Source: Helicobacter cetorum
GTDB lineage: Bacteria; Campylobacterota; Campylobacteria; Campylobacterales; BB28
DNA length: 64,000 nt
Direction: 5' to 3'
Assembly (NCBI GenBank): GCA_022729755.1
Contig: DZAZ01000002.1
Coordinates: 1,926-65,925, forward strand
Positions 49,832 through 59,366 of this stretch are shown here, piece after piece. Every line of letters starts with the position of its first letter. Within the stretch, counting starts at the first letter, position 1. The notes beneath the pieces are model-generated. The model had not been told where the DNA came from. It searched no databases and worked only from the letters and a program-made list of their open reading frames with translations. A program made the translations under genes and the position numbers.

Positions 49832-50775
49832 TTCTCGCCCTTAAATTTTTCTACATACGAAATTGCTTGAATTCCAGCAATTGCTCCATCACTTGCCGCA
49901 CAAACAACTTGTTTTGGAGCATTAATTCTAATATCACCTGCTGCAAATAATCCTTTAGTTGAACTATTCATATTCAAATCAACTATAACTTCACCCGCTT
50001 CATTTAATGCACAGATTGAATTTTCACCATCTTTTAAAACTAAATTGTTTATATTATAACCAACAAATGTGAATATTCCTGGTACTTTCAAATCTCTTAA
50101 ATTTTCAGTTTGTAAATTCTTTATAATTATTCCATTTACTCCTGAAGTATCCCCATAAACCTCTTCAACTGCTGAATTTAAAATTAATTCAATTTTAGAA
50201 TTTTTCATAACTCGCTCAACCGTCGAGGGTGAAGCTTTAAATTTATCTTTTCTATGAATTAAGTAAACTTTAGTGCAAATACTAGCTAAATATAAAGCTT
50301 CTTCAAGTGCCGTATTTCCTCCACCAACTATTGCAATTTCTTTATTTTTGTAAAAAAATCCATCGCAAGTTGCACAAACACTAACACCTCTTCCAAAAAA
50401 CTCTTTTTCACCTTTAAACCCACCCTTTTTAGGAGTGCTTCCTGTTGCTACAATTACACTTATAGTATCCATCTCTTTGCCATTTGAAAGTTTTATTTTA
50501 AAAGTTTTGTTAGTGTTTAAAGTTACTTTTTCAACTTCGCTCATATCGTGTTTTAAGCCAAATCGCATACACTGTTCTGGCCAAGGCTCCATCAATTCAA
50601 GCCCTGTTACAATTTTTGCAATTCCAGGGTAATTTTCAACTTCACTACTACTTGTAATTTGTCCCCCAGGCATACCTTTTTCAAACATTACAACATTTCT
50701 AAGCCCACCTCTTGTGGCATAAAGCCCAGCACTTAGCCCAGCAGGTCCTCCTCCAATAATTGCTAAATCAAGCAT
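49828..50775 (-). CDS. trxB: Thioredoxin-disulfide reductase
   Basis: [14 protein letters not shown] motif, redox CATCDG and [15 protein letters not shown] motif. Confidence 0.9.
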   Translation of the reverse strand: MLDLAIIGGGPAGLSAGLYATRGGLRNVVMFEKGMPGGQITSSSEVENYPGIAKIVTGLELMEPWPEQCMRFGLKHDMSEVEKVTLNTNKTFKIKLSNGKEMDTISVIVATGSTPKKGGFKGEKEFFGRGVSVCATCDGFFYKNKEIAIVGGGNTALEEALYLASICTKVYLIHRKDKFKASPSTVERVMKNSKIELILNSAVEEVYGDTSGVNGIIIKNLQTENLRDLKVPGIFTFVGYNINNLVLKDGENSICALNEAGEVIVDLNMNSSTKGLFAAGDIRINAPKQVVCAASDGAIAGIQAISYVEKFKGEK

Positions 50776-50784
50776 AAAAACCTC

Positions 50785-51234
50785 CTATAATATCTTAATC
50801 ATACTCTTTTGTTTGTAGTTAGATTTTTTATTTTTTTCTATCAAAAAAACTGAAGGCACTTCATAAATATTAAATTTTTGAATAAATTTTAGCAAAGTAT
50901 TCATACCAGCTGAAAGATATATCACATTCTCACTACTTTCAAACCTTTTTTGATATAAATCTATTGCTAAAATTTTTCTATCTTTATAATATTTTTTCTC
51001 TATTTCTTTATAATCTTGCATATTTGAGCTAAAAATAATAATTAAATACTCCTCTTCTTTTGGAGTAAAAATTTCACTTTTTGTATAAAAAAGAGTTTCA
51101 TTAAAATCGATAAAATTATATTGTGAAAATTTGTAGTTAAAGTATGCAAAGGCAATTCCAACCATTGCAGCCCCAAAAAACGAAGCAAATAAATATGGCA
51201 GAGAAAGAAGACTTCTCCCCTTAAAGCGATTCAT
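50785..51234 (-). CDS. Hypothetical membrane-anchored protein
   Basis: 149-aa ORF with one N-terminal TM helix (FASFFGAAMVGIAFAYF). It lies between trxA and trxB. Confidence 0.35.
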   Translation of the reverse strand: MNRFKGRSLLSLPYLFASFFGAAMVGIAFAYFNYKFSQYNFIDFNETLFYTKSEIFTPKEEEYLIIIFSSNMQDYKEIEKKYYKDRKILAIDLYQKRFESSENVIYLSAGMNTLLKFIQKFNIYEVPSVFLIEKNKKSNYKQKSMIKIL

Positions 51235-51245
51235 AATAATTTAAA

Positions 51246-51566
51246 TTATCCTAAAAAGTAATTTAATTTATCAGTATAAGTCTGTTTTGAAGAAGCACCA
51301 ACCATTTGGTCAACAACTTCACCATTTTTGAAAATAAGTAGTGTAGGAATACTTCTAATTCCAAATTTAATTGCTAATTCTTGCTCTTCATCAGTATTAA
51401 CTTTACCAATTTTAGCTTTACCTTCAAATTCCTCTGTCAATTCATCAATAATTGGAGCAATCATTCTACACGGTCCACACCAAGGAGCCCAAAAATCAAC
51501 TAAAGTTACACCATCTTTTACAACTTCATTAAAGTTTGAAGCATTAAGTTCAATATATTTTCCCAT
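51246..51566 (-). CDS. trxA: Thioredoxin
   Basis: WCGPC active site. Length 106 aa. Confidence 0.9.
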   Translation of the reverse strand: MGKYIELNASNFNEVVKDGVTLVDFWAPWCGPCRMIAPIIDELTEEFEGKAKIGKVNTDEEQELAIKFGIRSIPTLLIFKNGEVVDQMVGASSKQTYTDKLNYFLG

Positions 51567-51630
51567 TAATTATCCTTTTTTCATAAACTTAAGTGTTGAT
51601 TATACTTCAAAAAAACTTTTAAATCAACTT

Positions 51631-51954
51631 TTAAATAGTAATATTTTCAATTAAATCAATTTCTTGATTGCTTATAATTAAAGCATCTATACAAAATTCA
51701 ACATTCACATTATTTTTTAAATAGATATAAACCGATTTTATAATTTTTTTTATTTTTGATGGAGTTATATTATAAATCGGCTCAAAACTATCCCCACTTT
51801 TAACCTCAATAAAGTGCAAAACTCCATCTTTTTTAGCAATAATATCAATTTCACCAAATTTTGTATAAAAATTTCGCTCAATTATTTCAAATTTTTTGCT
51901 TGTTAAAAATTTTATGGCTTTATCTTCAGCAAGTGAGCCTTTTAATCTCGACAT
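51631..51954 (-). CDS. yraN: YraN-family (UPF0102) endonuclease-like protein
   Basis: [19 protein letters not shown] is the UPF0102 D...E-x-K core. Length 107 aa. Confidence 0.7.
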   Translation of the reverse strand: MSRLKGSLAEDKAIKFLTSKKFEIIERNFYTKFGEIDIIAKKDGVLHFIEVKSGDSFEPIYNITPSKIKKIIKSVYIYLKNNVNVEFCIDALIISNQEIDLIENITI

Positions 51955-51956
51955 TT

Positions 51957-52580
51957 TTATATTTTTTGTAATAATTCAGAATGAGGAATTAATTTTATAT
52001 CTTCTATTAAACTATTTAACTCTTGTTTCAAGTCATTCATGTATTTTTGTAAAGCTTCCAAAACTTTTATATCAGATTTTTTTATACAAACAGAAATAAT
52101 AATATTTTTAGTTTTTTTATAAAAAAAGCATTTATTAACTATTTTAAATTTATTGGGCATATCATTATATATACAAAGAGTGCCTAATATTTTATCTTTT
52201 AGCTCTTGTTTAATAATTTTTTTAATAAATTCTCTAATATTTGTATCGTCAATATTGGATTTTAAATTTTTTTGAATAGATTTATTAATAGCTTCATTAA
52301 TTTTTTCATTCTCATTATTAGAAAATTGTTTGAAATATTCTTTAATAAGTTTTTCACTTCCATATTTTAAATAATTATCTTCTTGAGCTTTTAAATTAGA
52401 AAATTCTATAAAATATACTTTTCTATTTTTAAAATAAAAATAATCACAAGATGGAATTCCATTCAAATTCATATTCAATTTTATACCATTTTTACCATCA
52501 ATTTTTAAAGCTTTTTTATTATATTTGGGTGAGTTTTCACATTCAGGGTCTATTTTTTCTAAATGTTCATATAGAAGCAT
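51957..52580 (-). CDS. Hypothetical 207-aa protein, translationally coupled partner of the upstream ATPase
   Basis: Its start overlaps the ATPase stop by 1 nt. I recognise no motif. CDYFYF...[10 protein letters not shown] only loosely resembles a nuclease core. Confidence 0.35.
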   Translation of the reverse strand: MLLYEHLEKIDPECENSPKYNKKALKIDGKNGIKLNMNLNGIPSCDYFYFKNRKVYFIEFSNLKAQEDNYLKYGSEKLIKEYFKQFSNNENEKINEAINKSIQKNLKSNIDDTNIREFIKKIIKQELKDKILGTLCIYNDMPNKFKIVNKCFFYKKTKNIIISVCIKKSDIKVLEALQKYMNDLKQELNSLIEDIKLIPHSELLQKI

Positions 52581-53965
52581 TAAACATCTTTCATATATAG
52601 TTCAAAAAATGGCTCACTTAACTCCTCTAAAACTATATCTATTTTTTTACTTAATTCTTTTTTATGAAATTCATCACTATAAGGCATCATATTCAAAGAG
52701 ATAAATTTTGCTGCCTCTTTATCTTTTTTACTAAGTATTTCTAAAAATTTTATTATCTCTATACTATGAGTTGCAATTACTATATTTGCACCACTTTTAG
52801 CAATATCATATAACACCTCTATCATTTTTATTTGCCACTCTGGATGTAAATGAACTTCAGGTTCATCTAAAATCAAAAATGAACCTTTTTTTATAATATT
52901 ATTTTCCAGTAATAAACCTATAAGCCCTATATTTGATATTCCCATTGCAGTTAATGAAATTGGAATTACTTTTCCACCATCATTTACATAATTTATTTCT
53001 CCACTCTTTGAAAATTCTACTTTTCCACTTATAATTTTTTCTATTTTTTTATAAACTTCAATGAAATCAGGTTTATCAATGTACCTTTGTTTCATTAATT
53101 CAAAAAGCTTTTCTACATAAAAAGGATAACCTTTTAAATATTTATCTTCACTTTTTTTAGCAAAGATAGATAAAAAAGTTGTTTTATTACACTCTTCTAA
53201 TGCCTCTTTTATTTTAATATAAATAGGAGAATCTAAATAAATTATACTTGAGAGTTTTTGTATTTCTTCTATTCCATTCGATTTTAAATTAAATTGTATT
53301 TCTTCTCCAGTAATTACTATATCACCTATTGTATTCAATTTAAAACTATTATTTTCATTGTTTTTTGAATTGAAATTATGTAAATCTTTTAATTTAGTAA
53401 TTTGAAAATTTTTTAAAAGTTTATCTCTTAAGTTCTTACCTATTTCAAAGCTAATTAAATCTCTTGGGCTATGAAGATTTTTTTGTAATGAAGATAAATT
53501 TTCTTTAATCTCATTTAAATTATTTTCTAGTTTTTTGTATTTTATAATTTTATTACTTTGTTTTATTTTATAATTGTCTAATATTTGTTCAGCTTCTAAA
53601 ATTATATTTTGTTCAGCTTCTTGCCAAGAAAATTGTTTTATTAAACTTCTTTCTTTAGAAATTGTAAGTAATTTATCAATTTTTTCTAAATGTTGGAGAA
53701 AAGTATCTATAAAAATTTTATCATCTTTTGATTGTGTAGTTAAAATAGTTTGAAGAGAATTAAAATTGTCTTGTAATTTAATTAACTGACTATTTATTAC
53801 TAGTGATAAATAGTCAATATTTAATACACTTAAAAAACTATACAAACTTTTTGTAGCAAAACTTTTACCACTATCATTTTTACCAGCTATGATAGTCAAT
53901 GGTTTTATGTCAAGATTTGCTCTATCTATTTTTCCAAAATTTTTTATTTCAAAATTAAATTCCAT
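52580..53965 (-). CDS. SMC/ABC-like ATPase (AAA_15/AAA_21 type) with a long helical insertion
   Basis: Walker A AGKNDSGKSF, then ~300 aa of helical/coiled-coil-like insertion. These are followed by the signature-like SLTAMGISNIG, Walker B FLILDEPEVHLHP and H-loop IATHS. Confidence 0.65.
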   Translation of the reverse strand: MEFNFEIKNFGKIDRANLDIKPLTIIAGKNDSGKSFATKSLYSFLSVLNIDYLSLVINSQLIKLQDNFNSLQTILTTQSKDDKIFIDTFLQHLEKIDKLLTISKERSLIKQFSWQEAEQNIILEAEQILDNYKIKQSNKIIKYKKLENNLNEIKENLSSLQKNLHSPRDLISFEIGKNLRDKLLKNFQITKLKDLHNFNSKNNENNSFKLNTIGDIVITGEEIQFNLKSNGIEEIQKLSSIIYLDSPIYIKIKEALEECNKTTFLSIFAKKSEDKYLKGYPFYVEKLFELMKQRYIDKPDFIEVYKKIEKIISGKVEFSKSGEINYVNDGGKVIPISLTAMGISNIGLIGLLLENNIIKKGSFLILDEPEVHLHPEWQIKMIEVLYDIAKSGANIVIATHSIEIIKFLEILSKKDKEAAKFISLNMMPYSDEFHKKELSKKIDIVLEELSEPFFELYMKDV

Positions 53966-54096
53966 TCTTATTCTTTTGTTTATTTTTATTATTAGGTTTT
54001 ATTATATAGTTTCTAGTGTTAGAGTATGGTAAAAGTTACGATATACTCATTTATCTTAACTTTTACTAAAAAAGCAAAATCTATTCCGTCTTTTTT

Positions 54097-55512
54097 TCAA
54101 CAAATCACAACCGATTTTATTTCGCTAAACTCTTCAAGTGCAAATCTGGCTCCCTCTCTTCCAATACCGCTAAGTTTAACCCCACCATAAGGCTGAATAT
54201 CAAATCGTAAAGTTGGAATATCATTAACCACAACTCCGCCACACTCAAACTCTTCAATTGCCCGTTTTGTAAGAGTTAAATCATTTGTAAAAATCGAAAA
54301 TTGAAGTCCATAAGGCGAATTATTTATTTTCTCTAAAGCTTCATCAAAATTACTAACTTTAATCAAGCTTACAATCGGAGCAAAAACCTCTTCACAAACA
54401 ATATTCATACTATCAAGCACATCTACCATAATAGTTGGATAAAAAATAAGCCCTTCGCTCTTGTTTCCACTCAAAACTTTTGCACCCTCATTTATCGCAC
54501 TTTGTACCCAATTTTTGGCTCTTTCAATCGCTTCAATATTTATTAGTGAGCTGATAAATGTTTCATTTTCATACGGACTTCCAACTTTTAGTTTTTCAGT
54601 TTCAGTTTTTAACTTTTGGGCAAACTCTTCATAAATATCTTGATGGACATAAATTCTCTGAAGTGAAATACAAACTTGTCCAGAATTGATAAAAGCCCCA
54701 TAAGCACAGCGATTTGCTGAAATATTCAAATCCGCACTCTTATCGATAAAAGTTCCAGCATTTCCGCCAAGTTCAAGTGCTACTTTTTTAATTCCAGCAT
54801 TTCTCATAATAATTTTGCCAACTCCAACACTTCCAGTAAAACTAATTACTCGCGGAATTTCGCTAGTTACAAGAGTGTTTCCAATTTCAGCATCGCCATA
54901 AATTAAACTTAGTGCATCTTTGATTGCAAATTCACTCTCAATAAAAAGTTTTGCAAATTTATAAGCAGTTAGCGGAGCTTCTGGAGTTGGTTTTAAAATC
55001 ACTGTATTTCCCATAGCTAGGGCTGGAGCTAATTTATGAGCCACTAAATTTAGTGGAAAATTAAATGGAGTAATCGCAACCACAACTCCCACAGGTTCTC
55101 GTTTAAAGTAACTTATTGTTTTTTTACCGCTACTCATCGCATCGGAATTGAAAAGCTCACCACTAAAATTCATAACTTCACTTGCGCTAATTTTAATCGT
55201 TTCAATACATCTATCAACTTCAATTCTACTAAAAGTTATCGGCTTTCCAACTTCATCGGTTATTGTTTTTGCGATATCTTCTTTGTTTTCTTGCAATTTT
55301 TTTGCAACATCAAGTAGCCAATTTATTCTTTGACTTAGAGGAGAATTTTTTGCATTTTTTTTAGTTTTTTGTGCAATTTCAAGTGCTTTTGTTGCATCTT
55401 CAACTTCGCATTTAAGGGATTTTGAAACAACTTCATTTAAATATGGACTAACTCTATCTACATAATCATCTCTAATAATTTCATTACTTCCTAAAAACAT
55501 ATTTGCCAACAT
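54097..55512 (-). CDS. NAD(P)-dependent aldehyde dehydrogenase
   Basis: ELGGNA (catalytic Glu), FINSGQVCISLQR (catalytic Cys) and FTGSVGVGK cofactor motif. Confidence 0.85.
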   Translation of the reverse strand: MLANMFLGSNEIIRDDYVDRVSPYLNEVVSKSLKCEVEDATKALEIAQKTKKNAKNSPLSQRINWLLDVAKKLQENKEDIAKTITDEVGKPITFSRIEVDRCIETIKISASEVMNFSGELFNSDAMSSGKKTISYFKREPVGVVVAITPFNFPLNLVAHKLAPALAMGNTVILKPTPEAPLTAYKFAKLFIESEFAIKDALSLIYGDAEIGNTLVTSEIPRVISFTGSVGVGKIIMRNAGIKKVALELGGNAGTFIDKSADLNISANRCAYGAFINSGQVCISLQRIYVHQDIYEEFAQKLKTETEKLKVGSPYENETFISSLINIEAIERAKNWVQSAINEGAKVLSGNKSEGLIFYPTIMVDVLDSMNIVCEEVFAPIVSLIKVSNFDEALEKINNSPYGLQFSIFTNDLTLTKRAIEEFECGGVVVNDIPTLRFDIQPYGGVKLSGIGREGARFALEEFSEIKSVVIC

Positions 55513-55604
55513 TTTCTATCCTTTTACTTTGATATTAAATATATTTTATCGTATTTTCACACACTCATTGTATAATTAATAAATATAAAAAAAAGGTTTT
55601 AGCA

Positions 55605-56318
55605 ATGATTGTAATTCCTGCAAGACTTAAATCTAGTAGGTTTGAGCATAAGGTTTTAGTTGATATCAATGGTTTGCCAATGGTCATAAAAACTGCAAAG
55701 CAAGTTGAAAGTTTAGATGAAGTTGTAATTGCAACTGATAGCGAAGAAGTTATGCAAATTGCAAAAAAGTATAATTTTAAGGCAATTATGACAAGCCAAA
55801 AGCATAATTCTGGTACAGATAGAGTAAATGAAGCTTGTGAGAAATTAAATTTATCCGAAGATGAAATAGTTATAAATGTACAAGCTGATGAGCCTTTTAT
55901 TGAGCTTCAAGTTATAAAAAGTGTGATTGAAAAGTTAAAAGAGTTAAAAGATAGTGTTATGATGGTGAGTTGTTATAAAACAATTAATTCAGAGTTAGCA
56001 GATGACTCAAATCATGTAAAAGTTATAATTGATGAGTTTTCAAATGCGATTTATTTTTCAAGAAGTAAAATTCCATACAATCGAGACCACGGCGAAATTG
56101 AGTATTTTGGGCATTTAGGGATTTATGGTTTTACAAAGAGAAGTTTAAATGAGTTTTGTAATTTAAAAGTAGCTCCACTTGAAAACATTGAAAAATTGGA
56201 ACAATTAAGAGCAATTTATCATAACAAAAAAATAGCGATGATAAAAGTCGAAAGTAAAAGTTTCGGAATTGATACTGAAGCTGATTTAAAAAGAGCTTTA
56301 GAAGTGTTTAATTTATAA
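55605..56318 (+). CDS. kdsB: 3-deoxy-manno-octulosonate cytidylyltransferase
   Basis: MIVIPARLKSSRF, HNSGTDR and NVQADEP motifs. Confidence 0.85.
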   Translation: MIVIPARLKSSRFEHKVLVDINGLPMVIKTAKQVESLDEVVIATDSEEVMQIAKKYNFKAIMTSQKHNSGTDRVNEACEKLNLSEDEIVINVQADEPFIELQVIKSVIEKLKELKDSVMMVSCYKTINSELADDSNHVKVIIDEFSNAIYFSRSKIPYNRDHGEIEYFGHLGIYGFTKRSLNEFCNLKVAPLENIEKLEQLRAIYHNKKIAMIKVESKSFGIDTEADLKRALEVFNL

Positions 56319-56330
56319 TTTTTTGGTACC

Positions 56331-56357
56331 AAAGAGGGGACTTGAACTCAATTTGAA
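56331..56357 (-). other. Orphan tRNA 3'-end fragment (T-loop, 3' T-stem, acceptor 3' strand and CCA); putative att-site remnant
   Basis: The reverse complement reads GTTCAAGTCCCCTCTTTGGTACCA. This gives a canonical T-loop TTCAAGT, stem CCCCT, a 7-nt acceptor strand, a discriminator A and CCA. The 5' T-stem partner and the rest of the tRNA are absent. Confidence 0.5.
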
Positions 56358-56400
56358 TGCTTTATAAAGTCCCATAGTTAGCATATTTTTTCCCATATAG

Positions 56401-56453
56401 TCGGTCATTTATTAGTCATTATTGGTCACTATTAGTTATGACTAGTAGTCATT
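56401..56453. repeat. Phased ~10-bp direct repeats (ATTRGTCAYT-like), iteron or arm-site-like
   Basis: tcggtcattt / attagtcatt / attggtcact / attagttatg are four tandem decamers, followed by actagtagtcatt. The related cccatagttagcat and cccatatagtcggtcat lie just upstream (56371-56408). Confidence 0.5.
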
Positions 56454-56696
56454 TTTTTATCGATTTGACTACCGTTTTTTTTATTTGCATAATAAAATTT
56501 TTATAGTTTTTGGTGATAGTAGTTTTGATTGTTTTATAACTTCTTCTATTTGGTCGCAAATAACTTTTTCTAATATTCCTTTATAATCTATTTTTTTTAT
56601 ATTTATTTCATTTGATTGAATTTCTTGTATATTTTTTAAATCTATTACAGTTGTTTTTTTGAAAAATTTACTTTTATTTTTTTCTATAATTATGAA

Positions 56697-57074
56697 TTAA
56701 CATTTTTTTAAATCACCATCAAAACTAATTTTTCCATAATCCTCCAATTTACTTTTTGCACATATAAGAGCATCTACAAAATCTATATTTTTATTTTCTA
56801 AAATATTTAATGTCTCATATAAAACTATTTTATTGGAATTTACCACACCATCAAGCGATAATATAGTCTTTAAATCTAAAATAACTTCATCTTTAGGCAA
56901 TTTATAAAACTTTGTAAGCACAAAAAAAGCTTCCATCAAAACAGTATCTAAGATTTCTACCTCTATTTTTAAAGCTTCTATATCTTTAAAATATTTTTCA
57001 CTCTCTTTTAAAAATTTCTCATTATCTCCAACTAAAAATCTAATAATTACATTTGTATCAAGTAGATAAATCAT
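56697..57074 (-). CDS. vapC: PIN-domain toxin VapC
   Basis: MIYLLDTNVIIRFL is the first acidic PIN motif, with later conserved acidic residues (E..., FVDAL). Length 125 aa. It overlaps the upstream antitoxin gene. Confidence 0.8.
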   Translation of the reverse strand: MIYLLDTNVIIRFLVGDNEKFLKESEKYFKDIEALKIEVEILDTVLMEAFFVLTKFYKLPKDEVILDLKTILSLDGVVNSNKIVLYETLNILENKNIDFVDALICAKSKLEDYGKISFDGDLKKC

Positions 57075-57312
57075 ATTTTTCTCTCATTGCAATTAAAGTA
57101 GCCTCTTCTTTTATCTCTTTGAAATTTAAATTATTTTTTTCTACTCTATCTTTATATTTTCCAGCTAATTTATCTACTTTGTTACTTCTTTTGACAGGAT
57201 AGACAAAAGCTAATGTCTCTTTTTTTCTTTTATCTATAATTTTGACAATTTGATTTAAATTATTAAAAATAGATATCTTTTTTTGAATTTCACCAATTCC
57301 GATAGTTAGCAT
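57058..57312 (-). CDS. Cognate antitoxin (VapB-type) of the PIN toxin
   Basis: 84-aa ORF overlapping the vapC start by 17 nt, which is the typical type II TA arrangement. Confidence 0.55.
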   Translation of the reverse strand: MLTIGIGEIQKKISIFNNLNQIVKIIDKRKKETLAFVYPVKRSNKVDKLAGKYKDRVEKNNLNFKEIKEEATLIAMREKYDLST

Positions 57313-57815
57313 AACAAAGCCTTTTATATAAATAAATTCTATTTTATATAAAAATCACTCTTTTGTCAATAATCAATCTGCCAACTCTTCTATCTTTTTA
57401 TAAACATCATCTCTAAGTTTTTTTATCTCTTCAATAAATTTTTGATACTTATCATCAATCATATTATCCAATATATCGCTACTAGTATCTAAATCAATAT
57501 TTAACTCTCTCAAAAAGTTTTTTTGTCTCTCTGCTCTATTCTCTACTAAAAGTATTTTTAAAACACCTAGTTTTCAGGCTTTTAAGAAAAAATTTTCATA
57601 CTATGAATATCTTTAAGTTTCAGATTTAAACCTTAAAAAAATTAATTAAAATACAAAATGGTATTAAAAAGAATAAAGCCCATAAAATATGGACTTTTTA
57701 CTTAAAGCAGTTTAATTTAACGAAAAAGAAAAAAATTATTAGTTAAAAATGTGGGTGGTAATAGAAAGTGTATAGAAATTTTGTTATTAAAGTAAAATAG
57801 TTATTATTTAATAAC

Positions 57816-57919
57816 TAGACTTCTTGCAAAACTCATTTAAATGATATAGATAGTCTAACAAGTTTAAGTGTATTTTATTTGTAAACCACTTTAATTTTTT
57901 TAGTTTTGCAAGAAGTCTA
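57816..57919. repeat. Perfect 18-bp inverted repeat with a 68-nt spacer
   Basis: tagacttcttgcaaaact (57816-57833) and agttttgcaagaagtcta (57902-57919) are exact reverse complements. They are nested inside a 12-bp inverted pair, aaagcccataaa (57675-57686) and tttatgggcttt (57972-57983). Confidence 0.6.
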
Positions 57920-58073
57920 CTATTTATTTTTTTATAAAGATGATTTTTTTCTTGTGTTTTTAAAATGCCTATTTATGGGCTTTGTGAGAAGTGGAAAAAG
58001 AGAGGTTAAAGTGTTTGAAAAAGTATACTTTTTTGAACGCTTTAAACTTTGATTTTTATTATTTTCATAATTA

Positions 58074-58877
58074 TTATGCACAATTAAAAATAATTAATTC
58101 AAGATAAACTTTTTTGTTTTTATCTTCTATATTATTAAAAATATATGAGATAGATGTTTTAGAGGTTTCTTTTACAAATAAAGAAAAATTAGGATGAGTA
58201 GATATAGCATTTTTTGCATTTTCTAGTAATTTAGAAAAATCTTTATTTTCTTTATTGAAAATTATTAAAGCAGTATGTTCATCTCTCCAATTTACATATC
58301 GTTCTAAAAGTTGGTCAATAGCTTTTAATAATTCTTTTTCTCCATACCAAATTTTACATTCTCCAATAAAAACATTTATACCATTGTTATCTTGTATTAG
58401 AATATCTGTTTTTCCTATTTTATTAAAAGTTTCACCAGTTGCAGAATGATTTTTTGATATTGAATTTAAATGTGGTAAGAAAAAATCTCTAAACCCTTCT
58501 TCATCAAATTTTGAATGAAGAGATTTTAGTTTTTCAAGTTCAAGTCCAAATTTATTTATTTTTTCTATAATCTGAGAGTATGCTTGATTACTAATAGTAG
58601 ATAATTCTTCTACTTCAAAATATGGGTCTATTGGCTCAGATTTAAAAAAATTATCAAGCTGTACAATTATTTCTTTTTCAACTTCATTTGGTTCATAAAA
58701 TTTAGAAGGATAAACAGTAATATCTGTTCGTTTATTGTTTGTAATATTTACCGTTCTAGTTGTTTGAAGATTATTTAATAATTTTTGTACTATTTCAAGT
58801 TGTTTATTATTTTTTAACTCAACTTTTAAATAAGGATTACCATGAGCTTCTCTGTGTATGATTGTGTAATTTAACAT
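58074..58877 (-). CDS. Stand-alone PD-(D/E)xK nuclease-fold protein with an unknown N-terminal domain
   Basis: The C-terminal half carries GKTDILIQDNNGINVFIGECKIW, a D-x(n)-E-x-K core. The N-terminal ~140 aa have no motif I recognise. Confidence 0.45.
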   Translation of the reverse strand: MLNYTIIHREAHGNPYLKVELKNNKQLEIVQKLLNNLQTTRTVNITNNKRTDITVYPSKFYEPNEVEKEIIVQLDNFFKSEPIDPYFEVEELSTISNQAYSQIIEKINKFGLELEKLKSLHSKFDEEGFRDFFLPHLNSISKNHSATGETFNKIGKTDILIQDNNGINVFIGECKIWYGEKELLKAIDQLLERYVNWRDEHTALIIFNKENKDFSKLLENAKNAISTHPNFSLFVKETSKTSISYIFNNIEDKNKKVYLELIIFNCA

Positions 58878-59090
58878 TTATTTTACCTCATTTTTTAAAT
58901 TGTTTGATATATTTTAGGGCATAAACCTATAAATCTTTTATTTGCAAGTGCTTAAAAATATATTAATTGTATTTTAATAAAAATAATATTAATTTTTATT
59001 AAATAATAACTTTCAGTTTCATTTTTGTTATTTTAAACAATTACAAATACATTAATTTGAGTAAATTAATGCAATTTCATTAACTTTAGA

Positions 59091-59366
59091 CTAATACTTT
59101 TTAAAAAGTTGTGAATGTGTACCAATCCTAAGTAAGATAATCTCATTATCTTCATTTATAAGATAAATAACTAACATATCTCCACCAATATGAAATTCTC
59201 TACAATCCAAATATTCACCATTTAATAAATGGTCTCTTGCTTCAAGTGGTAATTTACCATCAATTCTTAAACAATTTACATAATAGACAAACTTTTCAAA
59301 TTGAGTATCACTTAATTTGGCTTTATTAAACTCTTTGATAAAAACTTTATGCCTATTAATTTTCAT
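59091..59366 (-). CDS. yafQ: YafQ/RelE-family mRNA interferase toxin
   Basis: 91 aa. ...DCREFHIGGDMLVIYLINEDNEIILLRIGTHSQLF matches the YafQ C-terminal signature (GTHSELF). Confidence 0.75.
   Translation of the reverse strand: MKINRHKVFIKEFNKAKLSDTQFEKFVYYVNCLRIDGKLPLEARDHLLNGEYLDCREFHIGGDMLVIYLINEDNEIILLRIGTHSQLFKKY

Noticed and set aside
59050-59071. The stem-loop cattaattt-gagt-aaattaatg downstream of yafQ as an intrinsic terminator.
   Set aside because: The stem is almost pure A/T with one G-C pair, and the downstream U-tract is only weak. It is not distinguishable from chance palindromes in this composition.
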